Origin: Macrostomum hystrix
Taxonomy: Eukaryota; Animalia; Platyhelminthes
Assembly (NCBI GenBank): GCA_950097015.1
Contig: CATNEN010000003.1
Location: forward strand, 8,556,001-8,620,000
DNA: 64,000 nucleotides
Reading direction: 5' to 3'
Shown: piece after piece, positions 38,801-48,597 of the stretch
Numbering within the stretch: position 1 is the stretch's first letter
How the letters are laid out: the number at the start of each line of letters is the position of its first letter
Notes under the pieces: generated by a model
What the model was told of the DNA's origin: nothing
The model's input: only the letters and a program-made list of their open reading frames with translations
The model's database searches: none
Made by a program: the position numbers and the translations under genes

Positions 38801-41800
38801 TCTAGTGTCACCAAATGATGTGCCATGACGGATAGTATTGTTTACTAACATTGAATTTATCATATTGATATTAATAATGTTGTTGAACAAATTAATATTG
38901 ATTCGTGACGGAGGTTTATGCAAAGCAAAATCCGCCAGGATCCGTGGATTCGTGGACTTTCACGAAAACTGGTCATTCTGTATGGGAGCTATAGTGACGT
39001 AGCCTGTGGGTATTTATTTCCATATGGGGGTGTGTACATCTAACCCAGGGGTGGGCAAACTTATTTGCTGGCGGGCCAAAGAGAGAGCCTAATAGACGAC
39101 AGCGGGCCGCATTGAATGTATAAATATGAGATATGAGACACGGGAGAGATGAGACACAGGAAAGATGGGACACGAGAGAGATGAGACACGGGAGAGATTA
39201 GACACGGGAGAGATTAGACACGGGAGAGATTAGACAGGGAAGAGATTAGACACGGGAGAAATTAGACACGGGAGAGATTAGACACGGGAGAGATTAGACA
39301 CGGGAGAGATTAGACACGGGAGAGACTAGACACGGGAGAAATTAGACACGGGAGAGACTAGACACGAGAGAGATTAGACACGGGAGAGATTAGACACGGG
39401 AGAAATTAGACACAGGAGAGACTAGACACGGGAGAGATTAGATACGAGAGCGATGAGACACGGGAGAGATTAGACAGGGAAGAGATTAGATACGAGAGCG
39501 ATGAGACACGGGAGATATTAGACACGAGAGAGATGAAACAGGACACTGTAGATGTCAGAAGGGGCAACGGGCCGGATTTGGGAGCTTCGAGGGCCGCATC
39601 TGGCCCGCGGGCCGGAGTTTGCCCACCCCTGATCTAACCTGACTTTCTCATCTTCAGGCATTGTTCACTTGTGCTCTGAGGGCTCACTGTGACTCACCGC
39701 ATTTTTCGAGAACAAGTACGATGGGTGTCCCAAAAGTAGTGCCACTTTTGTATTCTTCCATGAATTGAAAATTATCTTCATGAACTTTCCGTGAGCAGTA
39801 TTCTTACGTTTCATTTCCATGGCGACCCGTTTGGTGTTGTTTCAGTTGGAGTCTTAGTGCAAAAGAATTTAGCCTTCAACTGATTCAACCAGCAACTGTA
39901 AAGTGAAACTTCCTTCGAATTGAAAGTTCCAACCTATTTTTGCATGACGTGACAGAATTCTAACAAGCTCTCGATTGGGGTTTCGAATTCCAGTTAGGCT
40001 GTGTAGAGTCGTCTGTCGAAAAGGTAGGCAAGCTCACATGAGCACTAACAGGGCAAGCACGCGATGCTATACAATCGCCTTCAGGGTCAGATTTTTTTGT
40101 TTCGCAACCGGCACTTCTCGGCGGAGGGGCATCAAACCACGGGAAGTACGAGAGTTGTATTCTCGCGGCTGTACCAGAGCGCAGTTTTGGTACAACTTTG
40201 AGCGATTAGAAAAGCTACTGCATAGAAATGGAAATTATACTAATACACATCAACTCGGCAATATTTTTCAATGTCTATCGCGATAAAGAGTTCACAGTCT
40301 CGCTAACTAAAAAGCAACAATGAGATCGTCCACGCAAATGCCTTGTTGTATTTGTTAGCTTTGAGACAAGTTGCAAGAGCAAGCAAATAAATGAAATTCT
40401 GTGGGTCAGGATGCATATTTGACGACTGTCGACACGCAGACAGCGAGGAGGCAAATCTGCAAATTCCGTTGTCACACGAACACATAGTACATAAAAATCT
40501 TAGGTGCAGGAAATGTGCAATTGTACAACACTCTAGACAGTTAATACTTCTACAATACATCAGGGGGGTGAGTGGCAGAGCGGTTAACGCGTTGGCTTCT
40601 CGCAACAAGGTCCCTGAGCTCGATTCCGCGGCGCGAAAGCCACATTTATTTGGGGTGCAGCCGTGCAGAGAAGGCTTGGGGCTTGTTGTGTAATTTACGC
40701 CTTTGAGGGCCAACCTCCAAGGTACAGTGAGAGTGTACCCTGCCTGAGGATGAGAAAGTCAGGGTAGATGTACACACCTGTGTGAGTGTGTGCCTGCGTA
40801 CGGTATGTGTGTGCTCAGGATCAGCTAAATTTACAAAATTGCCTCCTCGCTTGCTGCAGATCTAGTATCACCTAGTTATTGCCCCAGCCCTCCTGCAATT
40901 ACTATTATTACTATTATTATTGCTATTTTTTATTATACATCAAGGATTACTTCGGTGTCTACTATCTTCACCTGGTCAAAGCTTCAGTGCTTTCAAACAC
41001 GTTTTTATTGCGAACATTAATTGTAAATGAAAGGCACCGTCAATTTTCTAATTTGCAGATCGTGACAAGCGCCAAATTAGTGCTCCAAGATTTCGCGGAC
41101 GAGGCTACCTGCTCTACAAAAATCCGGAATTGATGACCAGGTCTGTTACACTCCAATCGCTGTCATACACAGGTGTTCGGAGGACTAGAAATAATGGACG
41201 ATTTAGCAGAAGATGAAGTTAAATTGAGCAGAGAGATGATTTGAAACTTTTAAATATGAAGTGTCTGACACACTGACTCTAAAGTCGTAGGTTAAAAAAC
41301 ACCTCAGTGTGTGCTAAACGCTCTGACAATGGAAGGAAGTAAAGAGTTAAAGAAATGAGCAGTGCCAAGAGTCGCTGAGTGCACCTCAAGTTGGTCGTGT
41401 TTTTGTTCCCCTTTCTGCACTGTTATTAGCCCACATCTCTATAGGCGATCTGCAGCCTTTTTTTCTTTTTTATTCACACTGAGCTCAAACATGCTTGAGC
41501 AGGTGCTAACCCTGCAGAGATGTGTCGTCTTTTAACCATAAGTTACCTCAGTGGGCATTGTTTGAGGCCTCTTATTACTGGAAGATGCATTTAATTCAAG
41601 GCTTGTCTTGTCCGCAGCACAATGCAGGCTTGCACTATTTTTATATTCTGAACATATTCTGAGTTTGTATTACAACTTAGTTAAAAAGACTTCAAAAACG
41701 TCACGTGACTATTCTAAGTCTTCTCGACAGTGCAACCATGTTAAATGTTAAATGTTAAAACATCACGTGACTTGACCAAGTCAGTTCGATTGTACCCTCT

Positions 41801-44800
41801 GAGAATGTCACGTGAATGTTTAATTTTTTGAGACTCGTCGATTAGGTACGAGTACATAAAATTTATTTTCTTGTATTATGTTTTTATTTTACGTACGTAA
41901 TTGTAATTAGTCATATTTTTCCTGTACACATATGTTTGTTATGCACATAAGTATTTAAAATTTACCAACATATTGCTCGGCCATTGTTCAAGACACGAAC
42001 AAACGTCCAACCGGCGCTGCCAATCTCATTTCCAGTCTCAGCTCGTCAAACTTCTCCCTATCAATGCGCGTTCACCTGTCGCCGAATTTGATTAAGTCGG
42101 CCTCCGCCGGTCAGTCAGGCAAAGCCACGCTGCTGTTAATTGGCGGTCCCAAACTTGGACCAGCTGGTAGTCGCTACCTGCACCTGTCTGTGGACAGAGT
42201 CAGCAGACAGTTGTCCGCCGAATTCAGTGACGGCCAAGCAGAGCAGAGCAGGAGCGAGCTGTACCAGTTCGATGCTGGCTGGCACTCCATTGCTGTTAGC
42301 AAGTAAATAGTTTTCTGTGATTGGCCCCATCTGTGCTTCTACTCTAATGATAGTCATATTCGGATCACAATAAGGTGGCCTCGCTGTGTATTTAAACTCG
42401 GGATCTAATTTAATCAAATTTTAGGTACTGTGAGATGAGACCCTATTCCATTATCTCACTAAACTGTATACACTTGAGTAGCGTTTCTTCCACCTATAGA
42501 TTCTCTTTTATTGAGTTAAGAGACACAAATTTATACATTATTGAAAAGTGAAAAGAGATTTCACTTAAAACTATGTATAAATGAGGCCCACGAGACACGA
42601 GCCACGAGCCAGAGGGCCTGAATCCAGCCCTAGGCCTCTCAAAACACCCGCTATCTCCTGTCTCATCTCTCCTGCATCACATTTCTCCCACTGTCTCGTC
42701 TCTCCCCTGTCTCTTAATTATCTCTCGCATCTCATCCCCCGTGTCTCATCTCACCCGTGTCTCATTTCACGCTTGTCTTATCTCTCCTGTAAATAATCTG
42801 CCCTGTTTTATCTCTACTGTGTGTTACCTGTTCAGTGTCTCGTGTCTCATCTCACCCTTGTCTCATCTCACCCTTGTCTCATCTCACTCTCATCTCATCT
42901 CACTTGTGTCTCATCTCACTCGAGTCTCATCTCACCCGTGTCTCATCTCACTCGTGTCTCATCTCACTCGTGTCTCATCTCACTCGTCTCTCATCACACT
43001 CGTGTCTCATCTCCCCCGTGTCTCATCTCACTCGTGTCTCATCTCCCCCGTGTCTCATCTCACTCGTGTCTCATCTCATTCGTCTCTCATCACACTTGTG
43101 TCTCATCTCCCCGGTGTCTCATCTCACTCGTGTCTCATCTCTCTCGTGTCTCATCTCTCTCGTGTTTTATCTCTCCTTTGAATAATCTGTCCCATGTCTA
43201 ATCTCAGCCGTGTCTAACATCTAGTCGCTGTTTAGATTCTCTATTAGGCTTCGAGGTAAACATGCAATATGCTATAGCTCGAAATGCTATCCATTCTAAT
43301 CCCAAAGTAAATGAAAAAATCCCCAAAAACCTGTCCCCCTCGAAGAATGCCCGGATCCTACATTTTGTATGTGGACGGGCTGCCGAGGGACACCATTGTT
43401 GAGCAGGAGGCCGCCTCAGATGAGGAGCAATTCGCCCAGCTGCTCATAGGTAGGCTGAAATAATCATAGCTTCCTCATTTATCCCAGCTGTGACGCATGC
43501 ACAATTCTCATTGATTTAATCGGAATGTATGCATTGCAATAAGTAGGCCAATCCCATTACAAGACTTTGCATTTACGGCTCGTGTATATTAAATGCATGG
43601 GCAACACATTTAGTGACGTCACTTACCTCCGCTTTTAATTTTTTAAATCTTTCCACCGCGTTGAGTTCGAACTTCAATCGTGTGTACATGGAAACATGAT
43701 AAATGTTTTAAAAAAACCCATGTTCTAAATCAACGAACCTGAAAATCGATATGTGCTATCATTTTCTTACCTATTTTGTTAAACTTTCCCTGTATATGCC
43801 AATGAACATTACCGGTTTTTCATTATTATAATAAGTATAATTAATTTCATGTCTATAATGTTTTTGACAGTCTTTTAACTTAAATTCTCAGATTTTCTCA
43901 AAAGTGTTTTATCTGTTTTTTTAATTAAAACTTTGAGTTGTGATACTTTTATAGCATTGTTTAATGCCGCTTAATTTGCTTACGTAATATAAAATAAGTA
44001 CTTCCGATTACCCGCCGACCGAAAGTATACGGTATTTTACGTGTAAGATTTCACACGAAGCTTTGAAGTCTTATATAAACTGCATACAATCCTATGTGAC
44101 AAAGTTACGTAATAATTTCAGGAAAAAATTCACTCAAAGCACTTAGCCCCCTTCCACACTATAACATGGGCCTCTTTTTAATGCCAGGTAATTGGTTTCT
44201 TCCACTACACTGTCCGCGAAAACAGGAAATCGATCACTTGATGAATAGCTGAGCACATTCTCAGTTCTCAGTTGTCACTTCACACACAAACTCTCTTCCA
44301 GTTTTTAGATTCCACTGCAGCGTTTTTGAACTACTCCGCTCAAAGAAAATCTACCACAATAACTCATACCAGAAAGTAAAATTTTGAACGTAGCGTACTA
44401 GTATAAGTAGCATTAACGAATTTAATTACAAAAGAGAAACTAATATTGATTGGCTAGCTGTTTTGAGTTAACACTAGAAAGAGACGCTATCTCCCCCCTG
44501 TGCAAAGTAAATTACAATAAAGTTAGGTACGCACTGGCTACTTCACGACAGCTCCTTGTCATATGGATTAAAATTTTCCGCCCTTTCGACGAACTAACTT
44601 TCAAAATTTAATTTTGTAGGAGATACAAAAACGTTGTCCCGTGGTCTAGGTCTCTTATCACTGGGACTCAGGAATTAGAGTAAAGTTCATCTGCCACTAC
44701 CTCCTCAAATCGACTTAAAAAAGTATCTTAAACTCTGCCCCGTCCTCTTCGTTGATTGGCTGCTACGATTCTAAAAATATCTCCGCACTGACAGACGATA

Positions 44801-45085
44801 AATGACTAAAGAAGCTTTCCTGTCTGTCCCTTGCTAAACATTTTCTGATTGGCCAGGACGAAGTCCAGTTCAAGCCAATTCATTTTGAGTTTTTATAATT
44901 TTTATTCAGGCGGCCTCGACCCGGACACCCAGCTGATGCAGGGCGGCTTCGTGGGTCAGCAGACGGGAGTCGATGCCTGCATTGTTGACGCGGCCCTGGC
45001 CGTGAAGGGCTCCGGTAAGGCGACAACATTATTGACGGTTGAAGCCGCAGACGATGGACGCGATGTTGAACAGTGTTCGGCTTAG
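11861..45085 (+). CDS. Secreted EGF/laminin-G protein, pikachurin (EGFLAM)/SP2353-like, ~815 aa, 13 exons
   Basis: Exons 11861-11948, 19020-19331, 29786-29987, 31422-31596, 32208-32415, 34553-34687, 34766-35003, 36508-36739, 38332-38560, 41059-41140, 42036-42302, 43346-43449, 44910-45085 all have GT-AG ends with matching phases and sum to 2448 nt. Product: signal peptide (MTRILMTKSLILLLILPQ), then (EGF-LamG)x3, e.g. CMCPIGFTGERCE-PEFNGNGYL, PHFDGTAYL..FRPEAPNGLLLY, PRFRGRGYLLYKNPEL. Confidence 0.85.
12160..14160. repeat. Bipartite 22-bp minisatellite: GGATTTGGGATAGTGCCAACAA switching to GGATTTGCGGTAGAGCCACCAA
   Basis: Direct tandem units; switch near 13180-13220. Confidence 0.95.
14433..14754 (+). 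mobile_element. Full-length tRNA-derived CORE-like SINE (family A)
   Basis: Head with A box TAGCCTAGTGG and B box GGTTCGATTCC; central CCTTTAGCAAGACACTTAACTCTGCATTGCTTCAGTTCACCCAGCTGTTAAATGGG resembles the MIR/CORE domain; (ATT)n tail; possible TSD TTATTACT. Confidence 0.9.
14920..15390. repeat. Degenerate ~20-bp tandem repeat (TTTTAACGGAGGTTAAACCTA-like)
   Basis: Alternating variants, decaying to the right. Confidence 0.8.
16025..18915. repeat. 38-bp minisatellite (CCCCATACTGTCACCTCAAACCCCTCTTGATGACTACA)n
   Basis: About 2.9 kb of tandem units with a ~1.08-kb internal block duplication (16078 vs 17154). Confidence 0.95.
19393..19890. repeat. 26-bp minisatellite (TCATTCTCGATCTCGTATCGATCCAG/CAAA)n
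   Basis: Direct tandem units; the variant changes from CCAG to CAAA along the array. Confidence 0.95.
22690..22811 (-). mobile_element. 3' half of SINE B interrupted by the LINE
   Basis: Matches 62555-62675; the element continues at 29259-29438. Confidence 0.85.
22924..26628 (-). CDS. LINE ORF2: AP endonuclease - reverse transcriptase - RNase H - CCHC finger
   Basis: QINLQH, LVQEPW, GDINAH, SDH (APE); KAPGPDG, FRPISL, FLDIDGAFD, PQGGVLSP, YADD (RT); YTDGS, HSDSQAAL, WIPGHAG..GNELAD (RNase H); CPFC..EDAEHFVCHC. Likely ATG at 26628 overlaps the ORF1 stop. Confidence 0.95.
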   Translation of the reverse strand: MISSPGISCLQINLQHSVAASANLMRQAELDKPGLILVQEPWTSKGKPQNVPSGYNCFCVSPREANRPPRACIFGAKTLGAWLRPDLSNGDICVIQSEDLLPGRTTLVASVYLPGDVAVVPRTLTTLVELCSARNYELMVAGDINAHHTHWGSTGINQRGEDLLSYVTSTTLEFCNSGSTPTFDNGRWSEVIDATLASPKLFQSIGVWRVLPVPSLSDHKFIHFRVASARSLNHITWRRNARNTDWEAFRHALETTHRSSGQPPTISTCREADECATVLTETLTAAFEAACPLKAYKGKTSAPWWNPQLGDLRRRAKRLHRRANKTRSPADQTAYLEAIHEFKREIRTAKAQKWRQYCEELEGSRPTSRIVKALTLDKMSKLSSVKRTDGTSTDNPGETLEVMLSAFFPNEPTNLTTSDHTEGGQMLAASIITEDRIVKAATSFKPFKAPGPDGIVPAFLREAVKCPGFLRSLCNLYRACITLGYVPQAWTEAKVIFIPKPGRPDYQSIKSFRPISLTTFLVKLMERLVLWRLLSVELKNAPLSDNQHAFRAGRSTESALHVLVDKLEKAVLGTGFALSVFLDIDGAFDNVLFEAFRKALYERHTHSSLTRWIMYMISHRTVTANLLGHQRTVPVRKGSPQGGVLSPILWNMVIDELLRDDRPDPILKVGYADDVTAVASGPSPDTLRDLLQNFIHSAEQWAGRCGLKLSETKTAVIMFTSRNKWQIQPLRLYGKEISFCKQTKCLGITLDHRLNWSPHVQTKTKRALAILAQLRRAVGTTWGLTPKRLWWIYTAMVRPAVSYGSLIWASALQMKTCLEALRKTQGRACRMTMSAPPSAPYDGLNAFLDATPLDIFVRREAAKTARRLIDAGVRFTPQRAMAKRKLLPHTDLCLRDLKDGGGLHVLSDGEPRTLNLTQRYKIIIPSRDDANDHWNHQEVHCYTDGSLKDGLAGFGVCILINGRVVATHAQHTGRLSTVFQNEILAISSCAAELNARNTRGETIIIHSDSQAALQALCRTTTCSRTVADCARQLNLLASNNTVKLSWIPGHAGFPGNELADTLAKQGGSGSLLGPAPLVPIPITVINRLIDDWAESLHRDRWAGTQNCRQSRAAVPRPSRRLRSILLNQNRKDIRALAMTLTGHGYLARHCFLRGDLESELCPFCEYDTEDAEHFVCHCPFFNRDRLRYLGPNPSMDEICQPDSIPRLVQFLRATRRATFFPTEDNAAGRTGGPP
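26625..28187 (-). CDS. LINE ORF1, 520 aa (basic, low-complexity ends; central domain reminiscent of LOA-clade DUF4780)
   Basis: Lies directly upstream of ORF2; Arg-rich patch and SYA motif; no CCHC knuckles seen. Domain name is by-eye only. Confidence 0.85.
   Translation of the reverse strand: MASSAQSFKDSETGNPPVAPAASNSANVAPPEATGPASALPDGGPVPGPPDIRSKEARQGRNQRRNERRRRQREREAAVRQSAEVVPQVGVGAVGPKGATATSAPRETASAGSPPAEPTSNSNTGNVAGPSGAATHATMASEAPASQPSTKAKESYASKASAMLQPAVIVFGEEQDLTAEQLDSVWRIIDAALIDQLLAGRPVSVVKSAKTDGCIFIWCNSEESSRALRELLPQLKWPKKLGKLTFASEGQRIKTERFRVWIPNGSAIKSGDQLRQILLKLHPDLEANGLLHHASSRKETGFTVILGLSDAWTKRLPPKSIIHLGLTQLTILRCEERKAGEAKKAKAPESGSGAQAPPAKKQRQTVDPHPGKAARAAESGPRDRRPARSTRRSGLVQRALEQARTLRAHLERAHTSNAPSKQPVGQERRGEAPTDWFEASTHQADRAIHVDLTDEASLGSIGVTTQRDGEGDTLAGQMPAEGSSATLTAGDAEIPMELCEPSISEKEEEELLRDSPTARP
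28354..28972 (-). repeat. 97-bp tandem monomers (~6.4 copies) in LINE 5' UTR
   Basis: Unit recurs at 28451, 28548, 28645, 28742, 28839 and 28936; nearly identical. Confidence 0.95.
29259..29438 (-). mobile_element. 5' half of SINE B interrupted by the LINE (internally deleted)
   Basis: Matches 62665-62895, including the tRNA-like head. Confidence 0.85.
30015..31365. repeat. 31-bp G-rich minisatellite (GGGTGTTCTTGAGTAGCTTTGGAATTGGGGT)n
   Basis: Fills nearly all of intron 3. Confidence 0.95.
31720..32140. repeat. ~60-bp dimeric minisatellite (CACTGAT[C/A]AGAGATTC...)
   Basis: Two alternating ~30-bp variants. Confidence 0.9.
32457..32685 (-). mobile_element. Deleted SINE B copy
   Basis: TGCAGGAGGGCTGCGG..TTTGGTGACACTA..GTGTACATCTGCCCTGACTTTCTCATCG..GCGGAATCGAGCTCAGGGACC. 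Confidence 0.8.
33200..34395. repeat. Pyrimidine-rich ~15-bp minisatellite (GTGTCTTTCTCCCC) with 372-bp higher-order duplication
   Basis: CCCGTGTCATTATCCTCCG recurs at 33341 and 33713. Confidence 0.9.
35045..36295. repeat. 55-bp minisatellite (GATCTCATGTGGTGTGTTAACAGGGGAATGGGTGGAGCAAGGGTTTGCCGCCTTT)n
   Basis: About 22 near-identical units in intron 7. Confidence 0.95.
36789..37109 (-). mobile_element. Full-length CORE-like tRNA-SINE (family A)
   Basis: Reverse complement of 14433-14754 with scattered substitutions. Confidence 0.9.
37860..38100 (+). mobile_element. Partial SINE B
   Basis: AGCTCGATTCCG..GGCCACATTTATTTGGGG..GTCAGGGCAGATGTACACACC..CTCGCTGGCTGCGGGTCTAGTG. Confidence 0.8.
38598..38830 (+). 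mobile_element. Partial SINE B
   Basis: Same motifs with an internal deletion. Confidence 0.8.
39046..39631. mobile_element. Non-autonomous hAT (Charlie/Buster-like) MITE with internal minisatellite
   Basis: TIRs CAGGGGTGGGCAAACT / AGTTTGCCCACCCCTG; perfect 8-bp TSD ATCTAACC (39038-39045, 39632-39639); subterminal GGGCCG motifs; internal (GAGAGATTAGACACGG)n. Confidence 0.92.
40563..40905 (+). mobile_element. Near full-length SINE B
   Basis: tRNA-like head TGGCAGAGCGG..GAGCTCGATTCC, conserved body, (ATT)n tail. Confidence 0.88.
42585..43255. mobile_element. Decayed inverted relative of the hAT MITE with expanded (TGTCTCATCTCACTCG)n array
   Basis: The array is the reverse complement of the MITE internal repeat; right flank CGCTGT..CTATTAGGCT matches the MITE subterminal AGCCTAATAG..ACAGCG; TIRs are not recognisable. 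Confidence 0.6.
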
Positions 45086-46459
45086 AGCAACGTTATTTTA
45101 GTCAATTGAGTACCACTTTTGGCACCTTCCTGCTAATTGTTATTACTTTATGCTTGCTCGGCAATAATTCCCAGTCCTGCCTTTATGAAGGCATCATTAG
45201 TACATCTGCATTGTATATTTGACAGCTTAGTTCACCAATAACTTTTAATGACCAAATTATTTACATGTGAGAACATTAATTGATTAAGCACGATTTATTA
45301 TCAATGAAAATTTCATGTTGTATTCAGGACAAAAAAGAATGTTTAAAAAAGTTTTTACTCTCGTTAATTATATAAGTAACTACGAGCATACATAGACTTC
45401 ATAATCTGTATTTTCTACCTTATAATGTCTTTCCGAGTTTAGTTGCTTATATTTCAAGATCCATTATTTCATCTTTCAAATGTCTTGAAAGTAAGTTTTT
45501 ATGTGAACAAATCTTTGTAAAGTCTCACAAATTAAATTACAGCTCAAAATTTGTAATATGATACGATTGCAAAAACATGTTTGACCTCATAATCGCGAGT
45601 AATATTAACAACTTCAAGTTTTCAAATTTAGGTAGGCAAATCTTTAAAAGATTTACATTTATTTTAATTAAAACTTTTTGTTCTACTATATAACAAGTTT
45701 TATTGTCTTTTCTTACTCAAATGTAGATTAAGTTATTTTCCTTTGCAATTTAGGCTTCAATAACTTTTGAAATCTAATTTGTTACTATTGTTTCAGCTTG
45801 TTTGTAAAAAAAGTTGCCGCTTAACTATGGATAATGTACAACTGCTTTATCTTTAATATACTTAAAACTATGAGTATTTTTCATGAAGGCGCATCATATC
45901 ATTACGCTAATACTACTTGATTCATAATGGAGTAGTATGCTATTGAGTTTTAGCATATAATATAGCAATTAGCTTTCCTTTGCTTGAGTGTTCTGTCACG
46001 GCTAGCACAAGCTATTTTGCTAAAGACTAGAATATTTTTCTTCGTTTGAGTTCTATCGCTGATACTATCTTAAATCAGTATTTTTCTAAAATTTGTAAGA
46101 CTTTCAGGTCTCTTACACTGCGGACAAAGAGTCACTTTACGCTCGAAGAGAAGATAGTCATTTACGATCAGAGGAGCGCAGCTAAATAGCACACAGACAG
46201 ACAAGAACGGGAAAGAGAAATTAAATAAAGTTTCTATTTATAGACACTGACGTCAGATAAAATAGGAGCCGACATATTATAGAGGGATCTGTCGCTAAAA
46301 ATAGCAACTGACGTCACTCATACGTAGCATGGGTGGGAGCAGCAAAAATAGAACATGACTCATAAGTGAAAGTAAACAGGCCTAATATATTTTAGAATCA
46401 CGCATGAGGCAGGCACTCCTTGAAACAGGCAAACAAGCAGTCAAAGGAATCACGTTACA

Positions 46460-46545
46460 TTGACACTCCATTACACTCCATTACACTCCATTACACTCCA
46501 TTACACTCCATTACACTCCAAATATACACAAAGACACTCCATTAT
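46460..46545. repeat. 10-bp tandem repeat (ACACTCCATT)n
   Basis: About 6 perfect units. Confidence 0.9.
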
Positions 46546-47704
46546 ACATTGTTTGGTGTGAGAATAATGACCTGAAAAGAGATCATTTAGGATCATTCAG
46601 ATAATTCGGATTCATAAATTGTCATCTAGGCCCCCACAATGTCCCCCAATCAGAAATCGATGACGTTGGCAAACTTGAGAGCGTTCAAAGGCTTGTCCTC
46701 CGGCATATCAGCCGGAACATCAGCTTGTCCTTTGACCCAGGTGCATGACAGGGCACTTCAGGACTTTCCGTTGTTTGAAACATGTTTTATTTATACATTT
46801 TACGGACCACGTTTGCATATTAATCGTGAGAGAAACTAGCTAACCGATTAGGATGCAATATTTTGCTGGTTTAAAGCCAGATAAGAATTAAGAAAAAATA
46901 CTTAAGAGAACAGACTGAAAAATACAAATTGCAAACGTACGTAGTACTGTTGCTTTTAACTCGAGGAAATTTTCCGAAACTATAAAAGTAGTTGCGGAAT
47001 TAAACGCATCTTAAACAAAACAAAAAACGATTTTAAGATCGGAATAGAATTCTGCAACAATTATACCAATGCCTCAATTCTGTACAGTTCTCTACTAGAG
47101 CGGCTGATAAGAATCATTGAAGAATCGTCAATAATAATTGTCGACATTGATTAGGCAGTCTGCGCTTTATACCGGTAGATGCAATTGGTTCTTTACCCGT
47201 TTGATACAAATATCATTAAATATCCACTGCGCGCTCTGCCTGTTTGCTCACAATTTCTATCGAGGCAATATAGCCATGCGAAACTAGTAGCATGTGTACA
47301 TACCTAATCCGGCCGATCACATGTGGAGCGCAGAGCAAAGTAAATAAAGTGTCTATAAATCAATTTGCTGCGACAGTTACCAAGAAGATGCGTGTATGTC
47401 TGAACAGAGTAGGATAAGAACACATGCATATGCTCTGTGCAAAGTTAGCTGTTAACCAATCGACGATACGATTTACACAACTGCTGAACCAAAATGTCAG
47501 GACCACAGCAAGAAGGCAGTGTTTGTCCGTTGGCAGTGCTTCCTTGTTTGCTAATCTTTATAATTGGCTTGGACGAATCGCTTTTAGTGCATTCTGTCTA
47601 TGAAACTGAAATCTGCTTGGTTAGATTAGAGTATAGATCATGGGAGAACGTCATTTAATGTCTGTTAATCTAAGGGTTATTATACCGATCTTGATACAAT
47701 TTTA

Positions 47705-47955
47705 GAGCGGTGCCATTAGAGAACTGAGTTTGATACTATTAGAGAACTGAGGTTGGTACCATTAGAGAACTGAGTTTGATACCATTAGAGGACTGAGGTT
47801 GGTACCATTAGAGGACTGAGGTTGGTACCATTAGAGGACTGAGGTTGGTACCATTAGAGAACTGAGGTTGATACCATTAGAGGACTGAGGTTGATACCAT
47901 TATAGAACTGAGGTTTGTACAATTAGAGAACTGAGGTTGCTACCATTAGAGAACG
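47705..47955. repeat. 23-bp minisatellite (ACCATTAGAG[A/G]ACTGAGGTTGGT)n
   Basis: About 10 units. Confidence 0.9.
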
Positions 47956-48597
47956 AACGTTAGTAATCGAGGAGAACAAAAGTAATGCTCTTAGCGACCA
48001 AGAATGGACGTTAAGAGCATATGAGAAGGGAACGTGTCTGATTAAAAGTACAATAGATTTGATAGATGTTACAGCAATAGTAAATGGTCCTTCTACTGTT
48101 TGTCCGAGAACTGTTAAAACTCCAACCCAAATGAGTGGGAAACTGCGATCGTTATAGACGTAAATAATGTGTTAGGTCAGAAATATCGTCAGTATAGATT
48201 AGTAGCTACAGAAGATTTAGAGTATAGTTCCAATTGCGATAGCGTTCAATTAAAAAAGATAAATATTTGCGTAGATTGAAACAACAGTAAAAGAAGCATA
48301 ATATAAAAACTGTTTACTTTGGGAATCTACGAGCCAAATTTCAACACAGAATATGGTCACCAAAACCTCTCTACAACTTGTTTGAATCATACCAAAGACA
48401 CGTTAAATAGTCAACATCCCGATTCCAAACCTAGTAACAAATTAGGCCAAATATGATTTCATTAACTCGATGTCGCTCTTAAAAGTATAAGCTTTACCAT
48501 ACAGATGTAGAATATCAAGAACTCAACACATATCGGTTAGCGGTATGAATTCTCAAAACATAAAATTTGACATCAGACAGCAATCCACCGGTCAGAT

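Noticed and set aside
39717-39760. Tc1/mariner-like terminus (TACGATGGGTGTCCCAAAA)
   Set aside because: No matching second TIR or transposase found.
46640-46715. Possible CR1/L2-type RT C-terminal fragment (DVGKLESVQR)
   Set aside because: Too short to support.
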